Below are positions 1 to 12,534 of a stretch of 64,000 bases of DNA, piece by piece (positions within the stretch are counted from its first letter, which is position 1; every line of letters starts with the position of its first letter). This DNA comes from Callorhinchus milii (taxonomy: Eukaryota), in the NCBI RefSeq assembly GCF_018977255.1, contig NW_024704762.1:2976001-3040000 (forward strand), in the 5' to 3' direction. Made by a program: the position numbers and the translations under genes. The notes beneath the pieces were generated by a model. That model did no database searches, was not told the origin of the DNA, and saw only the letters and a list, made by a program, of their open reading frames with translations.

Positions 1-91
1 TTAGACGATCAGTTTGAAGTCCCAGATGTAGGATTTGAACCACAACCTTCTGAAGCAGCGGTGAGAGTGCTACTGACTGACCCGGGCTGAC
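1..91 (-). mobile_element. DeuSINE (family A) 5' tRNA-like head, partial
   Basis: Reverse complement reads ...cccgggtcagtcagtagcactctcacc...cagaaggttgtggttcaaatcc..., with box A/box B-like motifs matching other family A heads. Confidence 0.7.
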
Positions 92-1540
92 TATAGCTGT
101 GGAAAACCAACTGGCTTTGACCGTGCCTTTGGCTACACTTCCTCTTTCCACCCCTCTTGATTCCAGACCCCCTACTTGGGTGCAACCCTTAACTGTCCAG
201 TGTCTTGTGATGTCCTTGTGATGCTAATTAAATGTAATTTGTTGTTGTTGCAAATCTAGACTGAGCTGAAGAATTTTCCACAATTATGTCTTAAAATTTA
301 AGACAAAAAGGCCTCACAGGCTAAGACTGGATGAAATTCTGGGCATCTGGAATCTCAAACCCAAAATCTGCGAGATGTGTCAAAGCAAATCACAGAATAT
401 ACTGCAAAGTGAATGGCCTGAAATGCGGCAGCCAATCCCACAAACAGTCGTGGATTGAAGTGACCAATTTATCTCGCTTATGAGGCAAGTGATCTAACCA
501 CTGAGCTACAGGACTTAAACGCTTTGGGACGTCCTCCCAACACGAAACACACTGTACGAATGCAAATTTGTTTTATACTGTGATCCGCGCCCTCATACCC
601 AGGGGGAATCAGCTGCCTTCTTCACTCCACATTGCCTTCTGTTTCCCCAATGAGAAACGAAGAGATGGAAATCAAAGCGACATAAATCATAAACACAGAG
701 AACATTAGAATCCATTTTTAATGGAGTGCATTTTAATGTAGCCTTCATTTTTGGGTTGGAAAGTAATTTGAAGAGCTCACAATTAACTGGTCCACTGAGA
801 CCAACACAGGCCTGACCTCTGTGAGCTGGTTCCTCTGAAATTAGAAGCTCCTTCATTGTGGTCCTGAAGGAAATGTGTGTGTTCCCCATCGCAAGGTTGC
901 AGTGTATTGCCTGCTTGTCTGTCTCCATCCCTTCTCCCTCTTTCTCTCGCTCCCTCGACCCCTCTTCTTCACCCACCCACCTTTCAGTGACTGAGCTACT
1001 GCTAACATTTTGTGGCTTTCATTTCCATTCCACGTTGCTTCCCTGTTCTGGGGGAGAGCAGAAGAGGGAAGTAAACTTTGTAATGTTTTTGTTTGATCAA
1101 TGGTCCTATGCCCCGAATGAAAATGAAACACACACATTCTCTCCATTAAAGCAATCATGTGCAGGCTGGGAAGTGGGGGCCTCACTCACTGCCCTCTGTC
1201 ATCTGCCTGTGAGGCAGTCACTACGTGACTTGGATGTAAGACCCGTGGAGGAACGCAGCCCTCTATCACTCGTTTTCGCAGGGGATTTTACCATACGTTT
1301 CTCCGGGGCATTGGATCGAGAGAAATATGTGCGTTGCCTGAGGGAATCTACTCGCCGTAGCAATTTCTATATGTGTACAATTGTTCAGGGACCTGCATGT
1401 TTCATGTTTTGTGCAGATTTGACTGACTGTCAACTCCTGTGTGTATACAGCTTTGCTGGTCCCATTGGGATTGCACGGCAGCACTCAATCCAGAGCAGCT
1501 ATTTACGGCTGATTACCCCGCTGGCCCTCTCACTTTATTT

Positions 1541-1906
1541 AATAATTATAATGATCCTTGCATTTGATGTAGCACCTTATCACATAGTTGAGACGTCTCA
1601 AAGTGCTTCACAGAATATATTGTAAAGTGGATTGACTGTGAATTTGTGGGAGAGCGCGGTAGCCAATTGCACACAGCAGTGTCCTGCAAACAGTCATGGA
1701 TTAAGTGACTGTTAATTTTGGGGGGGGAGGGATTATTACCCTCAGAAAGTGATCTGCCAATTGCCGAATAAATGGTTCCTACTTGCTGCTAGGTATACAG
1801 AAGCGTGTGGAGTAAAGAAACTTGCTTACGGTTTCATCCGGCTTGGGAATCAAACCTGGGTCCTCGCTTGCAAGGTGAGCGCGCTAACCAGTACGCTTTT
1901 AGGACC
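1541..1906 (-). mobile_element. SINE family B (tRNA head + CORE-like + Deu 3' + L2-type tail)
   Basis: AT-rich tail, atccttgcatttga, gtgtggagtaa(g)gaaacttgc and the tRNA-like head; colinear with the copy at 6174-6496. Confidence 0.85.
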
Positions 1907-1914
1907 TCAGTGTA

Positions 1915-2305
1915 GCACCTCTCACGTCAGGGCAACGTCCCAAAACATTTCCCAGGAGTTATTGTGAAGTGGAGTGACTGTGTATTTGAGGGCGTACACG
2001 GCAGGCAATTTGTGCACAGCAGTGTCCCATAAACTGCCATCAAGTGAATGACCAATTTTATTAGGGGATTGTTTGCCAGGACACTGGAAGAAATTCCCTT
2101 CTCTTTTCGAATAGTGCTCTGGATCTTTAATGTCCACCAGGCAGTCAGCACCTCGGTTTAATGTCTCATCTGAAGGAAGGCATCCCTGACATTGCTGCAT
2201 TGGAGTGTCATCTTAGACTGTGAGTTCAGGTCCTGATGTGGGGCTTGAACCCGATACCTTCTGCCTCAGAGGCGAGTGTGTTACCGACTCAGCCAGATTG
2301 ACACA
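1915..2305 (-). mobile_element. DeuSINE family A (SacSINE1/AmnSINE1-like), near full length
   Basis: Deu-domain motifs in reverse (ggatctttaatgtccacc, cctcggtttaatgtctcatc) and head gggcttgaacc...ttctgcctcagaggcgagtgtg. Confidence 0.85.
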
Positions 2306-2549
2306 CAAAAAAGTTCACCCGTGCTACTTTGGAAAGTATTTTTGGAGGATGGAGTTTGATGGACTGTTTTTTTTCCCTCACTCAAAAGGAATAATCAAAG
2401 ATGCAAGACCCAAAGGACTGGAATAAATAAGCTTTAAAAATCCTTTAATGTGAATCAGCCGGATGGAGAGTCTGCTGGGAAAATGAATCAGAAGAACACT
2501 GGGTCAAAGAGAATAGTGGTGAGTTGTTCAGTCGCTTTTAAGATTATAA

Positions 2550-2830
2550 ATATCCTTACATTTGAGCAGTGCCTTTCACGTGGGAGGGATGTCTCAGCAC
2601 TTCGCTGGATATTCTGTAAAGTGTAATGTTTGCATTTTGTAGACAAACCAGAAGCTAATTTGCAAACAGCATTGTTCACAATCGTGAGATTTTAGGGAGA
2701 TAGTTGACCAGGATAATATTTTTTAAGGTCCAACTGAACTGGCAGATGGGACCTCGGATTAAGGCTTTATCCATAGGACAGCATCTCCAACAATGCAGTG
2801 CTCCCAGCACCAAGTTGGAATGTCAGCCAT
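2550..2830 (-). mobile_element. DeuSINE family A, degraded
   Basis: Tail and Deu-domain remnants (gggacctcgg...atcc...ggacagcatctccaacaatgcag). Confidence 0.65.
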
Positions 2831-2834
2831 AACC

Positions 2835-3130
2835 AAATAATAATTCTTGCGTTGATTTAGCGGTTTTCATGTCTTCTAGACGTCTCAAAGCGCTTCACAG
2901 AATACAATTTGAAGTGAATTGACTGTATATTTTGTGAGCAAAATGTGGCAGCTAATTGCGGACAGCAACGTCCCACAAACAGTCATGGATTGGATTGAGT
3001 GACCAGATTATTATTTTTTTTTCTTGAGTGATTATTATCAGGTGCGTGGAGTAAGGAAACTTTTCTAACGTTTCGCCCTGCTGGGAACCGAACCCAAGTC
3101 TCTCGCTTGCGAGGCGAGTGCTCTAACAAT
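2835..3130 (-). mobile_element. SINE family B
   Basis: Tail, Deu 3' part, gcgtggagtaaggaaac and the head gaacccaagtctctcgcttgcgaggcgagtgctctaac. Confidence 0.85.
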
Positions 3131-3399
3131 TAAACTCAGTTGTAGGCCACCTACAACTGAGTTTAGTATCCCAATGTAAGGCTTGAACCCACTACCTTCT
3201 GACTTATTTTCAAGTGAGAGTACTCCCAACTGAGCCACACTGACACATGTTTAACATTGCAAGGAATCAGATCAGTTCAGAGATCCTGTCCCATCAGGAG
3301 CAAGTCTCGACATGTTTCACACAACTGACTGGGAGTCTGAACTGGGGGTGGGGAGCTGAGGGGGATGAAAGTGACCGAAAGCAAGATGAAACATTTTTT

Positions 3400-3570
3400 G
3401 GGGGGTCAGCCGGGTGTCTGACACACGTGGAAACTCATTGCCATGTTTAAGAATCTCCAAACCAGACTGAGAGTTGCATGCCATCTAGACATGGACATTG
3501 GAGAGATGCACCCTGCTTGCCTGATTCCGGAGAGTATTAGGCACAGGTTGGCCAGAATCCAAGGCAGCCA
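3400..3570 (-). repeat. Unidentified dispersed repeat family X, copy 1
   Basis: T-run followed by gggtcagccgggtgtctgacacacgtggaaac...ccaaaccagactgaga, shared with at least 7 other loci. Confidence 0.75.
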
Positions 3571-4999
3571 GTCAAAATAAAAAGGGTTCGGGCAGATGGT
3601 AATGGTGGGGAGGGATGGATACACAGTCACTACACTTTACAGTAATTTCTGTGAAGCGCTTTGAGACGTCCTCCTGACATGAATGTTGCTGTATCAATTG
3701 AAAGGATTATTATTACTGTTGAATGGTACAGCACTTAGTCACTATCTCAAAGACGAGAGATGGATGGGGGGAGGAACTGCCATAAATCGTCAGCATAAAT
3801 CAGCACCTTCAGAAGAAGGAAAAGCGGGAGACAATAATAAAGAAATATAAGAACCTAAACAACAGTTATTGAGTGGTCTTGGCATCAGAGACACCAATGG
3901 AATTGACTGATTACGGAGTCTGGCTCCTTTAAAGCCCAGATTGTCAAGAGGACGGACGCGTGTTTCAAAGCGCACAGACTGAAGGTGAGACGTGTCTCTC
4001 GCTTGCTTATCGGGGGCGTCTGTAGAAGCACATAATCTCAGGCAAGAGTCAGGAGCTGACAATGAACACAATTCACCTCCCAGAGACGTGCGCTTGTCAC
4101 GGCAGTCAGCAGAGAAGCATTCTGCTCTGACAGATATGAACTGGAGTGTCAGGCGATGGGAAGCCAGGCCCTGCCATGCTCTGTGGTTTCTGAGAGAAAC
4201 CCAGCAATTGTTCTATACATAGCATCATTGATATGGAAATAGGCCCCGCTTGTTTGCCGGCTGATGGAAAGCAATGATTAATCTTCTCGGTCGTGTCTCC
4301 AGTTGCTCTTCATTCCATTCACAGTCTTGGCTTCTCTGTAGGAAAGTAAAGTGGAACTCTCCTACGTTATGTTACTTTAAACCCTTATGGTCTAGGCTGA
4401 CATTCCAACGCACTGCTGGGGGGAGCGCTGCATTGTCAGGGGTGCTGTCCTACAGATGAGGCGTTAATCCGAGGTCCCGACTGCCTTTCAGTAACCCCTC
4501 ACCCAAGCAAACCCGTGGATTGCGAAAGAGAGCGCACGGCTTTCACTCTGTATGGCTGCTGGTCCTTCTAAATGTTAAAGGAGGCAGAGGGTCCTCACTC
4601 TTAACGGCTCATCCGAAGGACGGCATCTCTGACGTTACTTCCCTCGGTGCTGCACTTGATCTTCGAGTTCCAAATTAGGGGTTTGAACCCATAAAGTCTG
4701 CAAGAGTAAACTTGGGGGCAAGAGTGCTACCTGCTGAACCCCAACAGTTAGGGCTTATCGTGCCATGGTGCTATTACTGGCATATTTGCCATTTTGGGTC
4801 CAGCAGGGAAAATTTAGCTTGCAAAGCCGTAAAAACCTGCATTTCAGCTGATTGAGAACAGACGAGGGAGAGAAGTCAGGAATTTCCTGATCTCAATGGC
4901 TCAGTACAGCAGTTGGCAGTGATTGCTGCTAGAGTCATCACAGGACCTGACACTGGTTCATTTAATTCTTACATCTCAGATCTACTGGGTGAATATATA

Positions 5000-5248
5000 A
5001 TAATAATTTGATACATCACCTGTAACATCCACATGTCTCAAAGAGCTTCACAAACAATTGCTGTAAAGTGCAGTGACTGTGTTTTATAGATGAACATGGC
5101 AGCCAATTTGCACTCATCAATGTCCCAACAAATAGCCACAAAGTGGTGTGTGGAGTAAGGAAACTTGCCTAAGATTTTGCTCTGCCCGGGCATCAAACCT
5201 GGGTCCTCTCGCTTGCAAGGCGAGTGCGCTACCACTAGGCTACAGGAC
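5000..5248 (-). mobile_element. SINE family B, internally deleted
   Basis: Deu 3' part joined directly to gtgtggagtaaggaaacttgcc and the tRNA-like head ending gctacaggac. Confidence 0.75.
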
Positions 5249-5458
5249 AATACTTCATAATAAAAAANGTCTTACCTTTGGTACAGTGGGAGAAGGTCCC
5301 AAAGTGCTTCACAGGATATATTGTAAAGTGCAATGACTGTATTTTGTGGCTGAATGGATTTGTTGATTAATTCTGCATTAGAGCACATACTTGCACACCA
5401 GTTCAATTCCTTGCACACCAAATAAGCAAGGTACTAACCATTGCAGACTCGTACTCAC

Positions 5459-5557
5459 AACCACTTCACATAACCTTTAGATGCTGTCCAATCCATCAAC
5501 CATGAGCTGTAATCATTTGTAATCCACGATGCATAAAATAGGAAGAGGTCAGAGAGG
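5459..5557 (-). other. Candidate 99-nt exon (gene unknown)
   Basis: Minus strand: polypyrimidine cttccctttcctctctctggtttctAG acceptor and TT|GTGAGTAC donor. Only one frame is open (phase 2-2: LSDLFLFYASWITNDYSSWLMDWTASKGYVKW). No protein recognised. Confidence 0.3.
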
Positions 5558-6173
5558 CTAGAAACCAGAGAGAGGAAAGGGAAGCAGGCAGGCACACTGG
5601 CTGTCAGAGTTTTGTGTGAAGAGATTGCCAGGCGCTGGAGTAAGGCTGACAAGCACGAGCCAACTAGGCATTTTCTGTGAAGGGAAACAGCGGCTTGTCT
5701 TCTTAAAATGTTACTTACCAGAGCAGACGCCTGGCTGGTGCTGTGGTATCCACACGTGTGGGAAGAACGGATGGCAGCACTTTTAGTTTTCATATTCCTT
5801 ACACTGCCTTTCAACCCCGCAGGACATCTCAAAGTGCTTCACAGGATACACTGGTAAAGTGGAGTGACTGTATTTTGTGGGCAAATGCAAAAGCCAATTT
5901 ACGTGCAGCGATGTCCCACAAGTAGGCATGAAATGAATGACCGAAATAGCTTACGTCTGGACAGTGGTGGAATCTTTAGGAGAGGAGGTGGGGAAATAAA
6001 GTGTGGAAAATTTGCGGTATTCCTTAATGGTTTCCTTAGATTATTGCCGGCGCTAGCCTGACACTAATTTAAGGAACTTGTTAAGGAATACTCCTCATTA
6101 AAATGGTTCTGTTTGTCGCTGTTCATTTTCTTTCCAATCATTCTGCTCAAACAGAGAGTGGATCTCTCCAGGG

Positions 6174-6496
6174 AATAATAATAATAATAATCCTTGCATT
6201 TGATATAGCGCTTTTCACGTCTTCTAGACGTCCCAAAGCGCTTCACAGAATATACTGTAAAGTGAATTGACTGTATATTTGTGGGCGAACGCGACAGCCA
6301 ATTGCGCACAGCAGCGTCCCACAACAGTCGTAGATTGAAAATGACCAATTTTATTATTGTTTTGTTTTTGGAGGGATTATTATTAGGCTCTGTGTGGAGT
6401 AAGGAAACTTGCCCAAGGTTTCGCCCTCTGCCTGGAATTGAACTCAGGTCTCTCGCTTGCAAAGGGAGTGCTCTAACCACTGAGCTACAGGACTCC
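6174..6496 (-). mobile_element. SINE family B, young, intact at both ends
   Basis: Reverse complement: ggagtcctgtagctcagtggttagagcac (box A)...ctgagttcaattcc (box B)...cttgggcaagtttccttactccacac...gtgggacgctgctgtgcgcaattggctg...gcgctatatcaaatgcaagg(att)n. CpGs largely retained. Confidence 0.92.
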
Positions 6497-7057
6497 ACAA
6501 AGGCTAACTTGCTAGAGTTATTGAGCCAGACATCGTGATCAAACTGAATTAATGTCCGTGGATGCAGTCATTAACCTGGGGGTTGCCTCAGTGATCTTGT
6601 CATGTTAACTGCGTGCGTTAATTCAACTCACTCGCAATGTCAGCCTCAGTGTCTCCTCCGGTTGCCTTCCCCCGATGGTGTCATGAGAGCTCACTGCTGA
6701 AACAAAAGAGTTAAAGTGGGACGGAAAGGAGCAGATAGAAAAAAAACAAAAGAATGTCCAAGACAATCAGAGTTTCCTGCAGTGTTTTCACTCCCAAAGC
6801 TATTGAATCAAGTGGATGTCAGACAGTATGCAGAATACGAGATAGATTCGAATAAAACAACCGGCCCAGAAATCCTATAATAATAATAATAATAATAACC
6901 CTTGGTACAATGCCTTTCATATCAGAAGGTTGTCTTAAAGCCCTTAACGCGATTTACTTTTAAGGTGTGGTGACTGTGTGTTTATACACTCTTCAAGCAA
7001 CAGCTTGATGCTGAAATGGAAGGACATAGGATGGGGATTTTGCAGCAGTTAACGATT

Positions 7058-7180
7058 TATAATAATCATTGCATTTGATATAGCTCTTTATCGCATCGTT
7101 CAGACGTCCCAAAGCGCATCGTTCAGACGTCCCACATAATATATTGTAAAGCGGATTGACTAAATTTTGTGGGCGAAGTA
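7058..7180 (-). mobile_element. SINE 3' fragment with internal 23-bp-period duplication
   Basis: cgcatcgttcagacgtccca occurs at 7092-7111 and again at 7115-7134. Confidence 0.7.
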
Positions 7181-7410
7181 CACACCTACTTTATACAGTT
7201 AAAGTATGATTATGATCATACTTTTTTTGTGTAATGATGAATTTTTAGAAAATGAAAGTTGTTTAGTAGCATTTAAATTCATAAACGCACATCGTATGGC
7301 CTCGAAACGTAACCTGTCTGAATGCAAGTCCAGTTATATGAATAATCTGGTATATTGAATAATTTTGACTGTCAAACTGAGTATGCAATTAACTGAATTT
7401 CACTGTTTTT

Positions 7411-7750
7411 AATAATAATAATAATAATCCTTGCATTTGATAAAGAGCCTTATCATGTCTTGTGAATTGACTGTATATTTTGTGGGCGAAACCCGGTAGC
7501 CAATTGTGCACAGCAATGTCCCACAAACAGTCATGGTTTGAAGTGATCGATTTGTTATTTTTTTTGAAGGAATTATTACACCTGGAAAAGCGATCCGCCA
7601 ATCAACTGACAACCGAGTTCCTACTTACTGCTGGGTAAACAGAGGCGTGTGGAGTAAGGAAACTTACGCAACATTTCGCCCTGCCCAGGAATTGAACCCA
7701 GGTCTCTCACTTGCGAGACAAGTGCTCTAACCCCTGAGCGACAGGACTCC
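7411..7750 (-). mobile_element. SINE family B, near full length
   Basis: (aat)n tail through head ending caggactcc; includes the cctacttactgctgggtaaacagaggcgtgtggagtaagg block. Confidence 0.9.
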
Positions 7751-7980
7751 ACTATTTGAAAAGAGAAGGGAGTATCTCTCCCGGTGACCTGGTCGACAAT
7801 TGCCCCACATAAAATTGGCTGTATTCTTCATGGCTGTTTATAGGGCTTTGCTGTATGCAAAGTGGCTGCTGCATTCGCCTACAAAATACACAGACACTCC
7901 ACTTTACATTAAATGTTGTCATGTGCTGTGAGACAGCCTCTCGACGTGAAAGGCACTGTAGCAAATGCAAGCTCTGTTCT
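7751..7980 (+). mobile_element. DeuSINE family A 3' half
   Basis: actatttgaaaagagaagggag...cccggtgacctgg...catggctgttt...gacgtgaaaggcact...aaatgcaag. Confidence 0.75.
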
Positions 7981-8293
7981 TAAATGCCTCCAGTTCCTGA
8001 TGTGGGTGACTTATAGATAGCTGATGGAATCATTATTGCAAATGATGCCGGAGATGTTCGAGGAGAAGGTACAAGAGAAGCAGATAAATAAATAAACAGC
8101 AATATCACACAAACTTCTGTCTGCGCTGTTGTGCAGCTCTGTTTGTTATTACCATTTCTTGTTCGACGAAGAAGAACATTTACGAGCTTTACATTTTTCC
8201 TGGTTCTTATTAATGCCTTCAGAATTCAGGGCAGGTCACGTAGAGTTGGAGTCCCGTTATACTTATTAGATCAGGACGAAGGGGAGGGGGAAG

Positions 8294-8650
8294 AAACAAC
8301 AACAACTACAACAAAATTACATTTGTAAAGCACCTTTCACGTTGGGAGGCTGTCCCAAGCCGCTGAACAGTCGTGGATCAGGACCCGAGTGTGGTGGGGT
8401 CGGGGCAGGGTTGGGATGAGGGATGGGCAGAGGGGGGAGGAAGGCGGCTGATGGCATGGTCAAAGAGGAGGATCTTGTGTCGTATCTTGAAGCAGGCAAG
8501 AGACAGAGCGAGGCGAAGGGATTGTGGGATGGAGTTCTAAAGGGTGGCGGCAGAGAGGCTGAAAGCCCGGCCGCTGATGATAGGATAGGTCGGGCTGGGG
8601 ACATGGAGCAGGCCTGGAGGCTTCTGAGTGGAGGGAGAGGGGCCCCAGGG
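8294..8650 (-). mobile_element. L2 LINE 3' end
   Basis: (caa)n tail and L2 tail stem-loop; the reverse strand encodes a decayed AFSLSAATL*NSIPQSLRLA...FKIRHKILLFDHA, typical of the L2 ORF2 C-terminus. Confidence 0.8.
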
Positions 8651-9864
8651 TATTGCACCAAGCAGACTTGTGTGGAACAAGTTTCAAAAGATAAGCTTCG
8701 CTCACAAAATGCGCAGTCAATCCACTTTACGCTACATTCTGTGAAGCTATTTGAGACGTTTCAACGACATGATAAGGCCCAGTATCAAATGCAAGGATTA
8801 CTATTATTAACAAATAGCCCAACCTGCATTTTGGGCCCCATACTCGCAGTGAGGTCTGGGGCCCCAGTATTCCCTTGCTATTGTTTTCCATGTCTCCTGT
8901 GATAATTGGCTGTTTTGATCACTTTCTGCCAGCTTTCTGTTTTTNGCGCTGCCTGCCTGTGCCTGACCCACATAGACAGCTGAAACAATTCAGTCTCCTC
9001 TCTCCGTCCTCAAATCCATCCTGATGCCGTCTTCTCATTGTTTCCATTCAATCACTAAACATTAGTAAAGCCTTCAGATCAGTTTGCTCTCGGGATCCCA
9101 ATGATAGCATCAAACCTCAAGACAGTAACAGCTCTGGAAGGTTTTGTGTCCCCAGGATCCAAGCTTTGATTATAAAACAAGGTGATGAACACCTTAGACC
9201 TGGAGCAGGATATAATCGTGGAGATATTCTAACCAGCATCCAGATTCTATTCAGATCTTGTATCCGGCTAGGTTCTTCTCAGCCTCTCCCCATAGAGTCG
9301 TAGACAAGGTCATGATAGAGTTGGGCCTCATCGCAAGATATTATTATCGCAATAATAATATTATTATTATCTCCTCAGTGTTCCTCTTCCTTTATAAAGA
9401 GGAAGATTTGCTCTCTTCCTCATGCCCAACTTCATGTGGAAGTCCAGCTAATCAGCGTCTGCGGGTTCCCCCTGGGGGGTCGGGACGGGGAAATTACCAG
9501 TGAACATAACTATTGATTTCATCCAATGGGCACAATGGATAGCAATCAGGAAGGGAACCGGCTGGTTTGGTTTTGCAGGTTAAAGCAAAGTGGAATTTTG
9601 GGCTGAAACAAGAGGTTACATGATATGAAAAGGTGGTTCAATTCAACACACATCGGTCACTGTTGCGAATTGCCCGTTAAGGTGGCTGTTGCCTTTACGT
9701 AAAAAGCCCACCTGAATTTTCCCTCCTCTCTTCCCCCTGCCACTCCCTGATTTCAAAACCATAGAGTTCTTCTTTGGCTGTGTCATCCAATCTCATTGAC
9801 ATGAATGCAGGGCGGCTGGATCTCTGTCGCTGAATAACAGTAGTTCACAAGACTAATTTGAAAT

Positions 9865-10345
9865 GAAGAAGTCTTTTTGGGCCATCCTCTCTCATCCCTC
9901 CAGGATACCCACCCGACCACCCTGCCATCACAGCAACCAGCTGGTTTTTAAATGAGCGCTACTGTCCTGGTCGCAACCACCCTTCCTGGCAACCTGCTGC
10001 AGTCATTAATTACCCTCTGGGTAAAAAGACATTTACTGATATCGATCCTGAAATTATTATTTACAACTCCGCAACTAAGTTCTCTTGTTCTACTGTCTTG
10101 TTGCATTGTAAAGTATTGTTCTGGGTTTACTTGTTCAATCCCATTTAAAATGTTATACAACTCTAAGAGATCCCCTGAGCTATCTTCTCTCAAGACTGAA
10201 GAGCCCGAGCTTGTCTAATGTTGCTCATAGGCTATAGCTCAACACTGGGGATCATCCTCGCTGCTCTCCTCTGCACTGTCTCTAGGGACTGGGCAGCCCC
10301 CTTTATGTCACGGGAAATGTGTGCAGTACTCAAGGTGAGGTGATG
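9865..10345 (-). mobile_element. CR1 LINE 3' fragment
   Basis: ORF 9948-10193 (GDLLELYNILNGIEQV...FTQRVINDCSRLPGRVV) matches the CR1 ORF2 C-terminus. Confidence 0.85.
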
Positions 10346-11069
10346 TGCCAAGCAACACATCTGGAACAACTGTTATTACAATGTAGTGTAAAGAGTGATG
10401 TTATTTGCACGGAGTAGTCAAGCGATAATTCATTGAGAGGGAGTAAAGCCACAGTGCAGTTGAACGGATTACTGTGTAATGTCTCTACCATCGAGTATTT
10501 CTAAGGGGCTTTTAAACACTCTTGTAAGTGAGTCGTATCTTATTGGTTTTCAAATCAAATCTGTGCCACTTGCTGTTAATCTCCCAACCCTGAGCCGCTG
10601 TAATATACACAGTACGTCGAGGCTTGGAGACGAGAGCCCCTGAGGTAAACTTTATGAGATTGTTCAAGTCAGTCAAGTGGAAAATCTTACAACAAGCAAA
10701 AAGATTCTCTTACTTCCCTCACACTCAGTGAGTCGAGGAGCAATAAACGTCCCGATGTGGAGTTTCACCCCCAACCCCCCCCCTTTTTCCCTACCTCCCT
10801 CGAAGGCATGGGGCAATGACCTATATTGGGATGTGCTTCCAACCAGGCCAGTACAGCTCTTGAGACCCTACCCAGCTAGCCTTTATTTCTGCATGAGCCT
10901 AGACACTGATGTGGAAAGAGATGTCACTGAGATGGCCTTAATACTCGCATTTGAAAGGCGCTATACAAATGTAATCTTGTTGTTGATATAAAGCCTCTAA
11001 AGTCAAAACGATTCACATTTCGGGAGACTCAAGGCCAGTTGCACTATCCCAGTTGCCGTCAGCAAACTC

Positions 11070-11210
11070 GACAACAACAACTTGTACAGCTCCCTTCACA
11101 CAGGATAGTGTCTCGGAGCTGCACAGTGGAGGGGTTGAATGCCAGGCGAGGGAGAAGAGGGTGACAATGGGAGTGGTCGAAGAGGTAGTTCTTTAAGATC
11201 CACTTCCGGA
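11070..11210 (-). mobile_element. L2 3' end, degraded
   Basis: (caa)n tail, cccttcac...gtctc, ggtcgaagaggtagttctttaag. Confidence 0.55.
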
Positions 11211-11669
11211 ACTGAGCTTCCTCCAGAACGGGATATACCACAGACGGGACCCCAGTGTGGCAAGTAAAATATCAGTTGCTTCGTGTTTGCTCTGTCAAGC
11301 ACAGATACAAAACTACAAGAAAGAGATAAGGCTTGTTAGCAAAATTAGGTATGGGAACATTCCGAGAAGGAACAGCCTTCTGTTAAGAATCAAGTTGTTC
11401 CTTTCTAATAATTTCATGCAGGAATATAACATAATAGGGAGAGAAAATTACATTTGCCGCAGACTGAATTGCTTCCAATTGTATTCGAAGTATCACCATT
11501 GGTGGATTGTATCACTTCCACGTAAAGCCCCACTGCACAAGCCCCACTGTCCATTCCCAGACATTGGCCCAAGTCCCACGTTTGACAGGGAAGCACAGGG
11601 CAGGCTGTGCAGGAAAGATGATCATTGCTGGAACTCTTGACTTCTGCTGCACTGCTAATGAAAATTAAA

Positions 11670-11960
11670 ATAATAAGTAATAATCCTTGCCTCTGCAGCA
11701 CCGTATCATGCCGTCACACGTTTCACAGGATTTAACTATAAAGTGTATTTGTAGGCAAATGCGGCAGCCAGTTTGCACACAGCAACGACCCATAAACAAC
11801 CATGAAATGAGTGACCAATTTTTATTTGGGGACTGTTGGACAGGACAGTGGGAGAGAGAAACTCCCTTCTATTTTCAAATAGTGGTGTGGGTTTTTCATC
11901 TCCCTCCAATACATTAGAGTATTGGACTGTCATCTTAAACTGTGAGCTCAAAGTCCTGAT
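11670..11960 (-). mobile_element. DeuSINE family A
   Basis: Tail and Deu motifs (gcagccagtttgcacacagcaac, gagagaaactccctt). Confidence 0.75.
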
Positions 11961-12534
11961 GACTTAAAGCCATCCATGGTTTACGCAGTCATTAGCAGTT
12001 TTATTGACTGCCAATATTTATTGATGAGAACATTCGCTTTACATTTCAAGAATTCTGATGTTGCTGAAATATGTCTCGATAAATGTTCGGGGTGTTTTTC
12101 CGTTGGGCTGTCTGTCCCATGACGTTTCTTTTAAGCTATCCTCGTGAAAAATTTCCATTGGTTTCAAATGGCTAACAATTGCTTGTGGGCGCTCATGGAA
12201 GTATGAACAACGATGCTTTATGGATCACGCTGATGCAAGTCACCTCGTGTTCAGCATTCAGAGACTGGACTGAGTAACATTAATCCAACGTGAAGGGTTA
12301 ATACAGTTGTGACAGGCGGTGTCTGTGAGAACGAACAGTGGGTATTTTGGCCACGCTGTCTAAATGCTAAGATGGAATTACGAGCTCTCGCCTCCGTTCA
12401 TTCAACATCAGCCACTGGCGTCTTCTGTTCTACAGCACTATCGACCGCAATGAGCAGTGGTTAGTCTCACCCATGCCAGACATTCAGACAATGTAATAAT
12501 AAGTAACTAACTCACTGCTAATAAGACTGTTAAT

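Noticed and set aside
858..1625. Longest ORF (255 aa)
   Set aside because: Starts at GTG, shows no recognisable domain and ends in antisense SINE sequence; a chance ORF.
5268..5268. Single N bases (5268, 8945, 18980, 26550)
   Set aside because: All lie at homopolymer runs, so they reflect sequencing or assembly ambiguity rather than biology.
7201..7224. 10-bp hairpin followed by a T-run (terminator-like)
   Set aside because: AT-rich stem in eukaryotic DNA; no upstream gene.
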